Shown: piece by piece, positions 17,814-27,866 of the stretch
How the letters are laid out: each line of letters starts with the position of its first letter
Position numbering within the stretch: the first letter of the stretch is position 1
IMG/VR virus record: IMGVR_UViG_3300024289_000039
Location: 1 to 58,891 of that record
Reading direction: 5' to 3' (one strand)
From: a virus
Taxonomy: Duplodnaviria; Caudoviricetes
Length of the DNA: 58,891 nt
Position numbers and translations under genes: made by a program
The notes under the pieces: generated by a model
What the model was told of the DNA's origin: nothing
The model's database searches: none
What the model saw: only the letters and a program-made list of their open reading frames with translations

Positions 17814-18179
17814 ATGCGAAGATTCAGGAAAGTTTACGTCCCGCACGTCAACTTTCGATTTAGCCCCTCGTCATTGCTAGAAATAGCAGACGAGATCGTT
17901 TATGTTTGCGAGACGCCAATGTTCGACGACATGGTCGATGAGCGTTTTGCAGACAGGTTCGAATCAAAGATTGTCGAGCAGCTCGAGAGTTTTGACAGCA
18001 CCGCAGATGCGATCGCATTCTACGGTGACGCTATCATCTTTGCGATGATGGCTGCTTATCTCTCTGAGAAGCACGACTCGTTCTTCGTTGCACGGTTCTC
18101 AACAAAGCGCAACGAATATGTTGTTAGGCGTATCGGATTCGATATGTTTGACAAACAACTGGCAGAAGAAAGGACATAA
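17814..18179 (+). CDS. Hypothetical alpha/beta protein
   Basis: GGAG RBS before MRRFRKVYV. Confidence 0.7.
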   Translation: MRRFRKVYVPHVNFRFSPSSLLEIADEIVYVCETPMFDDMVDERFADRFESKIVEQLESFDSTADAIAFYGDAIIFAMMAAYLSEKHDSFFVARFSTKRNEYVVRRIGFDMFDKQLAEERT

Positions 18180-18180
18180 G

Positions 18181-18504
18181 ATGCAAAATATAGATTACAT
18201 CATCGGCAAACTCGCTCAGGAACAGGCTCGGGCCGAGCGTCTCCTTTTGCGGGATCTTGCTCAACTGTCTATGGAACTGTCGGCATGCATGGAAGAGCAG
18301 CAGAAGCAGCTCGATCATCTGCGGTCGCAATCTCAGGTTTTGCTCTCTGCTCTCGCATCGAAAATTCGCGATGGCTATGCGGAAGGCTATGATCCTGATG
18401 GAACCGACGAGCCGGTCCCTGCGATCGTTTCTGGGCGCAAGCTGACGGACGAAGAGCGCAAGGCTATTATGTCCTCGATGGTCGACCAGCTCGAAGAGAA
18501 GTAA
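18181..18504 (+). CDS. Hypothetical coiled-coil protein
   Basis: AGGA RBS before MQNIDY. Confidence 0.7.
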   Translation: MQNIDYIIGKLAQEQARAERLLLRDLAQLSMELSACMEEQQKQLDHLRSQSQVLLSALASKIRDGYAEGYDPDGTDEPVPAIVSGRKLTDEERKAIMSSMVDQLEEK

Positions 18505-18505
18505 A

Positions 18506-18982
18506 ATGAGAAGTCTGACCGAAGAGAAAAAGCAGCTCATAAAGAAAATGTGGGCAGAGCATTTCACTTCCGGGCAAATTGCTGCAGAAATTGGCGTAAC
18601 TCGTAGCTCTGTTATGGGTTACGTCAATCGCAGCAAACTTCTTCGCAATCCGGGAGTCGTTAAAGCTGCTCGCAAAGAGCAGAAAAAGAAACAGCCTGAA
18701 AAGCATTTCAAGCTCGTCGCAATAAACGGACAGCTTGTTCGAAAAAGATCCGTAACAATTCCCCCGCAGCCAAAAAGGGACACAAAGAACACAATCATGG
18801 AACTAAATTCAGAATCCTGCAGATTTATTCTCGGCGAAGTTTGCGGAACAGAAACTGCATTCTGCTGCCAGCCGATCCAAAAAGGATCGTACTGCGAGTT
18901 CCATGCAAACATGTGCTATCAGAAAAAGCCCGACAAAGAAGAGAAGAAACGCAAAGTTTCTCCCTTCAAGTTCCGGGCATAG
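18506..18982 (+). CDS. gcrA: GcrA-like cell-cycle transcription regulator
   Basis: W...TSGQIAAEIGVTRSSVMG HTH; IMELNSESCRF...FC...YCEFH C-terminal domain. Confidence 0.85.
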   Translation: MRSLTEEKKQLIKKMWAEHFTSGQIAAEIGVTRSSVMGYVNRSKLLRNPGVVKAARKEQKKKQPEKHFKLVAINGQLVRKRSVTIPPQPKRDTKNTIMELNSESCRFILGEVCGTETAFCCQPIQKGSYCEFHANMCYQKKPDKEEKKRKVSPFKFRA

Positions 18983-18986
18983 AGTT

Positions 18987-19013
18987 GAGCCCAGCAATCG
19001 CTGGGCTCTTTTT
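18987..19013. terminator. Terminator between the two converging arms
   Basis: GAGCCCAGC-AATC-GCTGGGCTC-TTTTT. Confidence 0.85.
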
Positions 19014-21084
19014 ATTTGATCCGGCTAAGAAGTTCTTGGATATTAATCTCTTCCGGTTTCTCTTCGGAGGAAGGTGCAGAAGGCAGAGCAACCGTCGTTC
19101 CGCCAGCAGCTCCTGCTTCCGTTACGGAAAGTCTTTTGGCTCTTGGAGCGCGCTCGATCGCATATTCTTCTAGCTCTTTCACCGCAGCAGCGACGTCGGA
19201 GGGACTTTTCGAAAGAAGACGCTTCGCCACTTCTTCCGCGACATCGTCTGTCATTTTTGCTTTGCTAATTGCGCGCGAAGCAATCGCAACGAGAGCGTCT
19301 TTAAACCCTCCCTGATTTATTGCCTGAGCAACCATCTCGCCGAAATTAGACCCTTCTTCGAGACGTTCGATTGCTTCTCTGCGGGGAACAGTCGGGGAGC
19401 CCCCAAGGAGCTTACTTGCCTGCTCAAACATTTCGCGTTCTCTTTTAACAGCTGCCATAAACAGGTCGCGTTTGGCATCGCTATCGAAAAGCTCCGCGAG
19501 TTTCGCGCGCATTTCCGGAGAACCAACTAGCCTTTTGCCAGCGTTTATGTCACTCGATGGATCCATGATCATGCTGTATATATTTCTTACAGCACCTGTC
19601 CTGAATGCTTCTTTTTCTGAATTGCTCATGTTCTTCATGAGCATTTTAACTTCTTCGCTGGCAAGATTGTTGAAGTCATTGTAGCCAACGCGCATTGCGT
19701 CGATAACTTCCATATCTCCTGCGAAATTTCTGCGTGCTTCTGCGTAGGCAGATTTTCCAGTCTTCGGATCAATCGTCGCCTGATCAACAGCCTCGATAAA
19801 CGCTTTGCGAAGCTCTTTCAAAGAACTCGCTTCGGGCTTTGTGATGCCTTTACCTTCAAACCCAGACTCAATTACCGAGTCTATTCCTCGCTTAATGTAA
19901 TCAAGCGTGCGTACGTCCGGAACAGCGGTCTTTTCAAAACCGATCATGTTTCCGTCTTTGTCTGTTTTAATTTTGTAAAGCTCCTGCAATTTGAATTGTG
20001 CAGGATTTTGTCCTCTCAATTCGGCAGCAGATGCCTCATTGTCTGCAATCTGCTGAGCACGTTTAAAGAACTCAGCAAATTTCGGATTTTCAAGAACTTT
20101 GTTTACGCGCGGATCCATAACAGAACCGAAAGCGTACGCTTTATCGTAGTCAGATTTCGAGTCGGCCCGCAAACGAGCAACAGCATCCGCCTCATCCTGG
20201 AAATAGTTTTTACCAGAAATCCCTGTTCGAACCTGCTGCATAACACGCTCGCGAGAACCTTCTTTAAGTTCATCGAAAGCGTTTCGCACCATGGCACTTG
20301 CTTTGCCAGCTCTGTTTGCTGCAGCATCCGCAAGTCTAATAAGGCTCGGGCTGGCGTTCGCAAACATCGAAGGGACATTCATCGAATAGTCATCGATGGA
20401 TTTTGCCAGAACATCCCCAGGTTTCATTCCTTCGTTTTCGAGCTGGTCGTAGATTTTTCCGAGAGCTCTTTGCTTAACGAATTTCTCGGTCGGCAAAGCT
20501 CTTTCGAGAATCCAATCAAGACCAGACTTTGCAGTACGAATAGCAGCTGGAGAAGCGAGGCCAATCCCAGCGCCCATCAAAGCTCCACCGGCAGCTCCAG
20601 TAGCTCTTTCGCCTTCTTCCGACGTGCCTGCGCCGGAAATTACGCCCTGCGTTGTACCGATAGCACCAGACCTTGCATAAGGGCTGCTCGCGATCCTGCC
20701 AAGCGCACCGACTGCTCTCGAAGCACCCGCCGCAGCAGCAGGAGCTGCCGCGCCGCCAGTCGCAGGGGTCATCATCATCGCAGCGACAGCCGGAGCAGCT
20801 CCGCCAGCGAATTCCAAAGCACCGGACGTAACCGGATATCGTTCCGCGAACCTGCCGTATTCTTTGTTGATGTCTTTTCTGAGAGCGGAATAGTCGCCTT
20901 GTCCCATAAGTTTTGAGCGGATCCACGCCTCTGCCTCGTCGCCCCAGCCCATGCCGAGGCCTTCCCCCAGGAATGCTCGTGCGGCTCCTGCTCCGAGGCT
21001 CGGAGGAGGACGGTTCTCGATCATGTCCTGACGGACGCGCTCTTCAATGGCTTTGTCGATAAGACTGCGCGGGACATCAACCAT
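19012..21084 (-). CDS. Internal virion/DNA ejection protein
   Basis: 690 aa, helical, GWGDEAEA and Gly/Ala hydrophobic segments; last of the structural operon. Confidence 0.65.
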   Translation of the reverse strand: MVDVPRSLIDKAIEERVRQDMIENRPPPSLGAGAARAFLGEGLGMGWGDEAEAWIRSKLMGQGDYSALRKDINKEYGRFAERYPVTSGALEFAGGAAPAVAAMMMTPATGGAAAPAAAAGASRAVGALGRIASSPYARSGAIGTTQGVISGAGTSEEGERATGAAGGALMGAGIGLASPAAIRTAKSGLDWILERALPTEKFVKQRALGKIYDQLENEGMKPGDVLAKSIDDYSMNVPSMFANASPSLIRLADAAANRAGKASAMVRNAFDELKEGSRERVMQQVRTGISGKNYFQDEADAVARLRADSKSDYDKAYAFGSVMDPRVNKVLENPKFAEFFKRAQQIADNEASAAELRGQNPAQFKLQELYKIKTDKDGNMIGFEKTAVPDVRTLDYIKRGIDSVIESGFEGKGITKPEASSLKELRKAFIEAVDQATIDPKTGKSAYAEARRNFAGDMEVIDAMRVGYNDFNNLASEEVKMLMKNMSNSEKEAFRTGAVRNIYSMIMDPSSDINAGKRLVGSPEMRAKLAELFDSDAKRDLFMAAVKREREMFEQASKLLGGSPTVPRREAIERLEEGSNFGEMVAQAINQGGFKDALVAIASRAISKAKMTDDVAEEVAKRLLSKSPSDVAAAVKELEEYAIERAPRAKRLSVTEAGAAGGTTVALPSAPSSEEKPEEINIQELLSRIK

Positions 21085-23183
21085 TATTGCTCTCCGTCTT
21101 TCTTTTCAGGCTCGCGCTCGCGGAACTTTCCGGTCTTGATGTCTTCAAGACGTTTCTTTTTCAGCTCGTAGCCTCTTTTCAGAGCTTCAATCGCCGAACC
21201 AATAATCAGAGCGCGCTCTTCTCTGCTCTTAGAATCAAGTCCCTGCACAGACATGAGCAGTTTGATATCAGAATCAGAAAGAACACCTTTCATCTTCTCG
21301 GCAGAAGTAGCGATCATCTGGCTCTTCAATTTCTGCTCGAGAACTCGAGTCGCGACGACTTTAGGGTCGTTGCTCTTTGTATTCTCGAGGACTGTGCGCT
21401 GGAATCTGTCTCCAAGAGAATTGTCGAACGCTTTTGCATTAAGCTGACGCGCTTCGTCGAGTTCTTTGAGAGCTTGCTCGAGCGAGGCGACCGTGTTCTC
21501 CTCTTCGAGCTTCATGTCGAGCTCTTTTGGAGTCAACTTGGTTGCAGCTTCAGCCTTTTCTTTTTTGCTTTCTTCAAACTTCTCGCGAGCGAGTTTGGCC
21601 TGTTCGTCCTGCCTGCGCATGCCCTCAAGAGTCGCATTGATCTGCGCAAGGCGAGAGTCGACGCTCGTCTGCGCAAGTTCCTGAACACGTTTCATGTATT
21701 CCGGAGTGCCGGGAGTCAGGCCTTCATCCTTGGCCTGTTTGCCAGCGGAAGATTCAGGCTCGCCGGAGCGGATGTATTCTTTGATCATCTCGCCAATGAT
21801 CTGCCGACGATCGCGACCCTCTTCTGCGCCAAGGGCACGCAGAGCATCGAGGTCTTCTTTGGCAGAGCGCATAGAAAGCTCTTGGCCCTTCATCATCAAT
21901 TCAAGATTGCGGGCACGGTTCTGGCGACGAGCTGCAGTGACGTCTTTCTGATACTCGCCAAGTTCCTTCGCAGCGAGCCCGACGTTCTCCATAACTCCAC
22001 CAGTCTTGGTCGGCGACGCAAGAGCTGCCGCAAGGCGGAAATACATTTCCGCTTTGGACGGTCCACCTTCTCCTTCTCCGGTCATCTGCTTCTTCAGCAT
22101 CTCGCGGAATGCTTCGGTCTCCGCACGATTGCGCTCGCTGGCTGCGCGGATCTGCTCGGCGTATTGATTTTGATTAGCTCCGTACTTTCGCATCATCTCT
22201 TCGAGAGACGGGCGAGAAGTCGTGGGTGCGGTGCGCGGAGTCGATGTGGTCGTTCCCTCGCGCCTCGCAGCCTCGTCGTCGTAAACGCTCGGGTCCGGCT
22301 GAACGCCTGCGCGAGCGTTTGCTTTGGCCTGCGCGACCGCTGCTCTGCCGCGCGCAACGATTTCTTCCGTCGATCCTGTGGGGAATCCTTCCGGATCTGC
22401 ATCGCTAGCTGTCGTGGTGTTCGATGCGAGCCGAATCGGCTCCTCCATCACAGGGAGTTCCGCAGGATTGGCCAGACCGTACATCTCCGAAAGTCTCGGG
22501 AGACCGAGATCGTTCACCCCGCCGCGCGAGAATTTGCGCACTGCCCCACCATTGGAAAACTCTACACCTCCAGTGTAATTGTTTTCTTCTGCAGGCGTGA
22601 GAGAAATGTTCGTGGATCCGGGGGTGACTGCCGCAGAAGAGTTTGATGTGCTCTGATCCGTAGACGTGCCACTGTTGGTCGCGCTGGCAATCGAAGCAAG
22701 CGGCGAAAACGTCGGATATTTGAGCTGGTCGCCGTAATAGCTGCCAGTCGCATTGTAAATGTTCTGGCCGACTTTGCTCTGCAGGTTGCGGTCGTAGATT
22801 TCAGGGGAAGCAGATTTGACGAACTGTGCGATCTGCGTCGGCCCGATCGCTTTGTTGCCGAACTGCTCGTTCCAGTATTTCATTCCTTCAGCGTCCGGCT
22901 CGCGCCCAAGGAAGCTGGTGTACAAACCTCCGACGGTGGTCGGAGGACCATCCATCTTTTTCGTCTGGAACTGACTCTGCATGTACATCGGTGCGCCAGA
23001 AAGGCGACGGTTGTACTCATCGACGTATTTGTCGTAGGCTGCTCTGTCTGCCTCGTATTGCGCAAGTTTCTGCGAATAATCGGAGGCAGCTTTGTCGGTC
23101 GGCATTTGCTGACCAGTGTAAGAAGAAATAGTCGGGGTGCTAATCCCGTACTGTTTCATCAGGCGATTGAGCTCGTATCCCAT
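21084..23183 (-). CDS. Internal virion/ejection protein with DUF4214-like domain
   Basis: LYTSFLGREPDAEGMKYW motif; coiled-coil C-terminal half. Confidence 0.65.
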   Translation of the reverse strand: MGYELNRLMKQYGISTPTISSYTGQQMPTDKAASDYSQKLAQYEADRAAYDKYVDEYNRRLSGAPMYMQSQFQTKKMDGPPTTVGGLYTSFLGREPDAEGMKYWNEQFGNKAIGPTQIAQFVKSASPEIYDRNLQSKVGQNIYNATGSYYGDQLKYPTFSPLASIASATNSGTSTDQSTSNSSAAVTPGSTNISLTPAEENNYTGGVEFSNGGAVRKFSRGGVNDLGLPRLSEMYGLANPAELPVMEEPIRLASNTTTASDADPEGFPTGSTEEIVARGRAAVAQAKANARAGVQPDPSVYDDEAARREGTTTSTPRTAPTTSRPSLEEMMRKYGANQNQYAEQIRAASERNRAETEAFREMLKKQMTGEGEGGPSKAEMYFRLAAALASPTKTGGVMENVGLAAKELGEYQKDVTAARRQNRARNLELMMKGQELSMRSAKEDLDALRALGAEEGRDRRQIIGEMIKEYIRSGEPESSAGKQAKDEGLTPGTPEYMKRVQELAQTSVDSRLAQINATLEGMRRQDEQAKLAREKFEESKKEKAEAATKLTPKELDMKLEEENTVASLEQALKELDEARQLNAKAFDNSLGDRFQRTVLENTKSNDPKVVATRVLEQKLKSQMIATSAEKMKGVLSDSDIKLLMSVQGLDSKSREERALIIGSAIEALKRGYELKKKRLEDIKTGKFREREPEKKDGEQ

Positions 23184-23192
23184 AGCTGCCTC

Positions 23193-24434
23193 TTACGTGT
23201 TCAGATTGGAAAGACCTTTGTACAGCGCAAGACCGCTCGCCAGTTGAGACAGCGGCGATGCCGAATACGTTGCACCAGTCGTGGTCTTTTGATCCGTCTG
23301 AGTCTGCGGAGTGATCGGTGCCATGCCGCGAATTTGGGTGCTGAGGAAATCGAGCTGCTGTTTCGGATAAAGCTGCTCCGCCTCGAACTGCTTCTGGGCA
23401 GCGCTGAGTTGCTGCTGCATCTGGTTCTGCTGGGCAAGTCCGGCAGACTCGAGAGCAGCAGTGTCTGCGTACCTCATGGCCTGATTCATTTTCGCAGCGT
23501 TCGCAATGTCGTTCAAGACTTGCTGCTGGCGAGCATAGTCCTGCGCCTGAGCTGCCTGAGCCTGCTGAGCAGCCGACAGACCGAACTGCTGCTGCGCCTG
23601 TCCCGCCTGCGTCTGCATCTGACCGAGGTTGCCGTACTGTCCGGCTCCCTGAAGAACACGAGAAAGGTCTGCACCGGAAATGCTGCCAACGGTCCCAGCC
23701 AACTGCGCCTGCCGGGCAAGGTCTGCTTGCGCAGCATTGAGCGACTGCTGGTAGCCTTGGCTCGCGAGAGCCGCCTGCTTGTCGAGGATTGCTTCCTGCG
23801 TGTCACGCAGCGCACGAGAGCCGAACTCTCCCATGCGACCAGAACCGAACTGTCCAGCACGGATGAACTGATCGGAAACATTCGGAAGAAGCTGCTCGCG
23901 AAGGTTGCGCGCGCCTTGCTTTGCGATCACGTCAAGAACACCCTGCTGATAGGGGTTCATGTATTGACCGACTTGGCTCGCGGAAGTCTGCGCGGCTGTC
24001 TGCAGGTAAGGATTCGCTGCCTGCAAAGCACGCTCGCTGAGAGCCTGTGCAGTGGTTCCTGCCGCTTGACCAAACAGGTCTTGGCCTGCCTGCAGATTTT
24101 GCGAGACGAGTTCCGGCTGAAGGTAGCGTGCCTGAGCTTCACGCAGCTGATCTGCGGTCGTCGCGCTGCTGAGTCCAGACAGGCCAGTTTGCACTTGGTC
24201 CATCTGCGGCTGGAAAGCACCCTGCGCCGCCTGCACCTGCGAATAAGCCTGCTGCTGCAGAGGAGAGAGCTCCGCAACGGTCGGCATCGTATACTTCTGA
24301 TAAGGTGTGTTGGCGATGTTCGTCGCCCACTGGATCTGATTGTAGATCGCATCCTGCATCCACTTCGGAGTCTCGCTCGTCGAGGTGGCATAGGAAGTCG
24401 CCGTCTGCGGCGAACCTTGGAACAAGCTAGCCAT
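23193..24434 (-). CDS. Internal virion/DNA transfer (pilot) protein
   Basis: Gln/Ala-rich, YMNPYQQGV, AGQFGSGR motifs typical of podophage ejection proteins. Confidence 0.7.
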   Translation of the reverse strand: MASLFQGSPQTATSYATSTSETPKWMQDAIYNQIQWATNIANTPYQKYTMPTVAELSPLQQQAYSQVQAAQGAFQPQMDQVQTGLSGLSSATTADQLREAQARYLQPELVSQNLQAGQDLFGQAAGTTAQALSERALQAANPYLQTAAQTSASQVGQYMNPYQQGVLDVIAKQGARNLREQLLPNVSDQFIRAGQFGSGRMGEFGSRALRDTQEAILDKQAALASQGYQQSLNAAQADLARQAQLAGTVGSISGADLSRVLQGAGQYGNLGQMQTQAGQAQQQFGLSAAQQAQAAQAQDYARQQQVLNDIANAAKMNQAMRYADTAALESAGLAQQNQMQQQLSAAQKQFEAEQLYPKQQLDFLSTQIRGMAPITPQTQTDQKTTTGATYSASPLSQLASGLALYKGLSNLNT

Positions 24435-26104
24435 TAGGCAACTCCTTTGAGATAAGCGAGGGGCGATTTCGCGTCAGGGCTGAACTTGCCCTTTGCGAGA
24501 GCCTTCCCTTTGTGTTTGCGAACAGCTTTCCGCATTTCATCGAGACGACGAGATCCAGCGTCGGTCGAACCATCGCCGATCATCGCAACAGTTTCTGCGT
24601 CGATCACGTATTCACCGTCCGAGAGGCGGGCAGGGATCTCGTCGCTGCGCCCGGTGCCAGCTCCACGAGCCAGATAGGCTATGCGACTGAGACCGCCTTG
24701 TGCCATCTGTGTGGTCGGATTCTCTGCCGAAGCAACCTGCACAGGCTCTTTGTTGTAGGCTCCAGACGTAATCTGAGGCCAATAACGAGACATGTATTCA
24801 GGCAGCGAGAGGTTCGCTCTGTTGGCGTCGCCTTGGAGCTTTTCCCAATCCCACGAGACAGAAGGACGGTTGAAATACTCCTGCTGCTCAGGAGACAGTT
24901 TCGAGACTGCCGCATCGACATCCGGTGGCTTGCTCAAGAACGATCCGCCAGCCAACGCCAGAGGAGCGAGCCGCGTCAAAGAGCCAAGCATCGATCCCTT
25001 TTCGCCGCCACCGAAAAGGTTGCCGACATCCGCTTTGATCGAATCCAGAACGGACTTGGAAGGCGAAGCGGCTGCGGCTGCAGAAGTTGCTTTCGCAACC
25101 CCTGTCAAATTCTGACCCGGCGAAGCCTGACCCTGTGCCACGAGCTGATCGTAGTCAGCCTTCATGAAGTCTTGGCCCGCGCCTTCGATCGCTTTGCCAG
25201 CATTGCCAGAATAACCCGGCTCGCCGGTTGTTCCTTCCGGCCCATACGTCTGGCCCATAGCATTAATGCCAGACCCAAGACCGCCCATCAGCGCACCCAT
25301 AAGGGCGCCCTTGCCACCGCCGGTCAGAGCGCCAGCACCTGCACCGAGCAATCCGCCACCAACCAAGCCTTGGACCGCTGGGCTGAGATTGAGACCGAGT
25401 GCGCTGTTCAGAGCTCCACCGGCCATCTGCCCGAACCCACCACCGATGCCGCCAAGAGCCGCACCAAGCAGAGGATTTCCGCCCGTCAGAGCCGACGATG
25501 CGCCACCGATGACTGCGCTGCCGAGAGCGGACGCCATCGTCCCAGACGCGCCCAGAGCGGTTCCGATGGCAGTTCCGATGCCGGGGGCAATGAACGAAAG
25601 AGCGATCGGAAGAACCGCCCCGAGGATCGACTTCCAGAACGACTTGTATTCAGGGAGGCCTGTCTCCGGATTGATGCGCCCGGAGCCACCCGCGCGCCGC
25701 AGCATTTCGGCTTCCCTGCGGTTGATGTGGGCGAGCTCGGTGTCACCGCCCCGACCAGCCGCTGCTACCCGACGAGCGGCCACCGCAAGGCCACCGCGCG
25801 CGTATCCCTTTTCGGTCATGCGGTCTTGCAGACCGTAGAGCGCGACGAGCAGTGATACGATCAGCGTACGGTTGAACTGCGGAGGAAGCATGTCCTCGTC
25901 GATCTCACCGTCTTTGATCGCAGCGTCTCGGATCTCTGCGTATTTGTCAGGGTTCTGAAGAATGAATTCCAGAACTTGGATGATCTCATCCATGTCTTCA
26001 GGAACAACAGGCTCACGAGCGAGCTGCTCCTCCATGACGTCCACAGCCTGCGGAAACTTGGGGTCGCGATTCGCGAGCTGAGTAATTTGAGCTCTGTCCA
26101 TCAT
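24434..26104 (-). CDS. Internal virion/ejection protein with membrane-like segments
   Basis: GRGGDTELAHIN...GSGRINPETGLPEY; Gly-rich hydrophobic stretch; C-terminal GTGRSDEIPARLSDGEYVI tape-measure-like motif. Confidence 0.7.
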   Translation of the reverse strand: MMDRAQITQLANRDPKFPQAVDVMEEQLAREPVVPEDMDEIIQVLEFILQNPDKYAEIRDAAIKDGEIDEDMLPPQFNRTLIVSLLVALYGLQDRMTEKGYARGGLAVAARRVAAAGRGGDTELAHINRREAEMLRRAGGSGRINPETGLPEYKSFWKSILGAVLPIALSFIAPGIGTAIGTALGASGTMASALGSAVIGGASSALTGGNPLLGAALGGIGGGFGQMAGGALNSALGLNLSPAVQGLVGGGLLGAGAGALTGGGKGALMGALMGGLGSGINAMGQTYGPEGTTGEPGYSGNAGKAIEGAGQDFMKADYDQLVAQGQASPGQNLTGVAKATSAAAAASPSKSVLDSIKADVGNLFGGGEKGSMLGSLTRLAPLALAGGSFLSKPPDVDAAVSKLSPEQQEYFNRPSVSWDWEKLQGDANRANLSLPEYMSRYWPQITSGAYNKEPVQVASAENPTTQMAQGGLSRIAYLARGAGTGRSDEIPARLSDGEYVIDAETVAMIGDGSTDAGSRRLDEMRKAVRKHKGKALAKGKFSPDAKSPLAYLKGVA

Positions 26105-26112
26105 TCCACCTA

Positions 26113-26343
26113 TCACATCAGCGTTTGGCAGAAACGCTCCGCCCAATCTTCCCAATCTTCGAACCCATACGGATCAGGGAAGTTCCTTCCGAGGGTTGTG
26201 TTATTCAAGAACTGCATCGCCCAGTTCTGCCATTCGCTCTCGTTGTCCAGCCGCCCAAACGAGCCATAAGGATCCAAGTCCAGCGCAATCTGGTTGGCCC
26301 AGTCGAAAAGCCCGAGATTGGTTGGCAAGGTGATCCTGATCAT
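26113..26343 (-). CDS. Small Trp-rich structural-region protein
   Basis: 76-aa coupled ORF. Confidence 0.7.
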   Translation of the reverse strand: MIRITLPTNLGLFDWANQIALDLDPYGSFGRLDNESEWQNWAMQFLNNTTLGRNFPDPYGFEDWEDWAERFCQTLM

Positions 26344-27866
26344 CCGAGCACCGTTTTGTCGCCTGTATCAATGTGGCCGATAATCTGGCCCATTTGATAG
26401 TCGCCGCCGACTGTGTAAGATTGGAACTTGACGCGCAACTCGCGCCGCTGTTCTTTGAGCATCACGATCTGCTCGTGCGGGGTGTTGGCACTTTCCGGGA
26501 AAGTAAACACAGAGCTGTAAACTTCTGGCGCGCGAGCGTTCGCTCGGCCGGTGACTTGAACAGTCATGTCGCCTTGCTGGATAAAATCTGGCTCGATGCT
26601 CGTGATGCGCAGGTAGCTGTTTTTGCCATTCGGCAGCGACGAAAGATCGGCCGTCTCGAAATAAGACTGCACCGGATAAACGTACTGGCCATCGATCTCG
26701 TCGACACCTTGCTCGTGAATCCAAACCCGATAGCCGGAAGCGGTCGGAACACAGTCCGTCAGCAGCGGTGCAGCGAACCCGTTGTTGAACTGCCCAGACG
26801 CACGCCCAGAAGCAGGCAGCTCAGTGTCGTACCAAGTCTGCTCGCGAACATTGTAGATGATCGCGTGGGTGCATTCGGTTGCATCGCCGCGCGGATAGCA
26901 CCACCAGATCTCGCCGTATCGCGGAACTTTGAACGCGAATACCTTGTTCTGCTGGTTTCGATTCAGACCATCCAAGAAATAGTTTATGTTGAGCTGGTTT
27001 GGAACGTCGCGCACAACACCGTTGAACATGAAGAACCGATCGACGCCAGCCCAGAAGAAAACACCGTCGTAATCGACGACGCACTGGCTGCTCATGATCG
27101 ATGTGTCAGTCGCGATCACGTCGTACTGGAATGTCGTCGCGCCGCCACTGAAAGATGCGCGGATGACTGCATCGTACGCCCAAAACAGACCTGCCGGAGC
27201 AGAGCCCGAACCTGCACGCAGCGGCATGCCTTTGATGATCTTTTGGCCCCAAGGGCGAGTTATGTTGCTGCCTGCCCCGGTGAGATCGGTTGGGTCGCCT
27301 TCGACCGAATGACCAATGACACCGTCGGAGCCGTAGTAGAAAAGATACGGATGAAGTACGACGATTCCGCCCGTAGCATTTCCGCTCGGGTTCATCGTGA
27401 TCTCAGTCAGCGCAGCAGTGCCGAGATTGTCGCCGATGAATATCTGACCGCCTTCGTCGTTGCAGGTGCAATCGAGATTCGGAGAAACATGCGCGATGAT
27501 CGAGTTCGCAGAACCCGAAGAATCGTACATGTACTGAAACATCCACTGATTCAGCGCGCTGCTCGTCAGCGTCGCAGGCGTTCTGTCGGTAATGATCGAG
27601 CTGTTCTTTGTGTTGTCGATTGTAAACCGTTCGAGCTTAGTCGCGCTGCCAGAATGGCAATACTGCAACAGCTGCTGAGTGTACGTGGTGAACCCGCGCG
27701 AGATCTCGCTCAAGTATTTGTTGATCGAGCGATAGCCGCCAATCTTCCTCGGCAGACCGCGCTGGAACCTGACCCACTGTCCATCGGTGTAGAAATCGCC
27801 ATCAAACTTCGTGCCATCACGTTTGATGCCTGCTTTCGACCGTAGGATCAGAGTTGAATCGGGCAT
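26340..27866 (-). CDS. Tail nozzle/stabilisation protein (tubular B / P22 gp10-like)
   Basis: 508 aa beta-rich, WVRFQRGLPRKIGG, GEIWWCYP; position before ejection genes. Confidence 0.65.
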   Translation of the reverse strand: MPDSTLILRSKAGIKRDGTKFDGDFYTDGQWVRFQRGLPRKIGGYRSINKYLSEISRGFTTYTQQLLQYCHSGSATKLERFTIDNTKNSSIITDRTPATLTSSALNQWMFQYMYDSSGSANSIIAHVSPNLDCTCNDEGGQIFIGDNLGTAALTEITMNPSGNATGGIVVLHPYLFYYGSDGVIGHSVEGDPTDLTGAGSNITRPWGQKIIKGMPLRAGSGSAPAGLFWAYDAVIRASFSGGATTFQYDVIATDTSIMSSQCVVDYDGVFFWAGVDRFFMFNGVVRDVPNQLNINYFLDGLNRNQQNKVFAFKVPRYGEIWWCYPRGDATECTHAIIYNVREQTWYDTELPASGRASGQFNNGFAAPLLTDCVPTASGYRVWIHEQGVDEIDGQYVYPVQSYFETADLSSLPNGKNSYLRITSIEPDFIQQGDMTVQVTGRANARAPEVYSSVFTFPESANTPHEQIVMLKEQRRELRVKFQSYTVGGDYQMGQIIGHIDTGDKTVLG

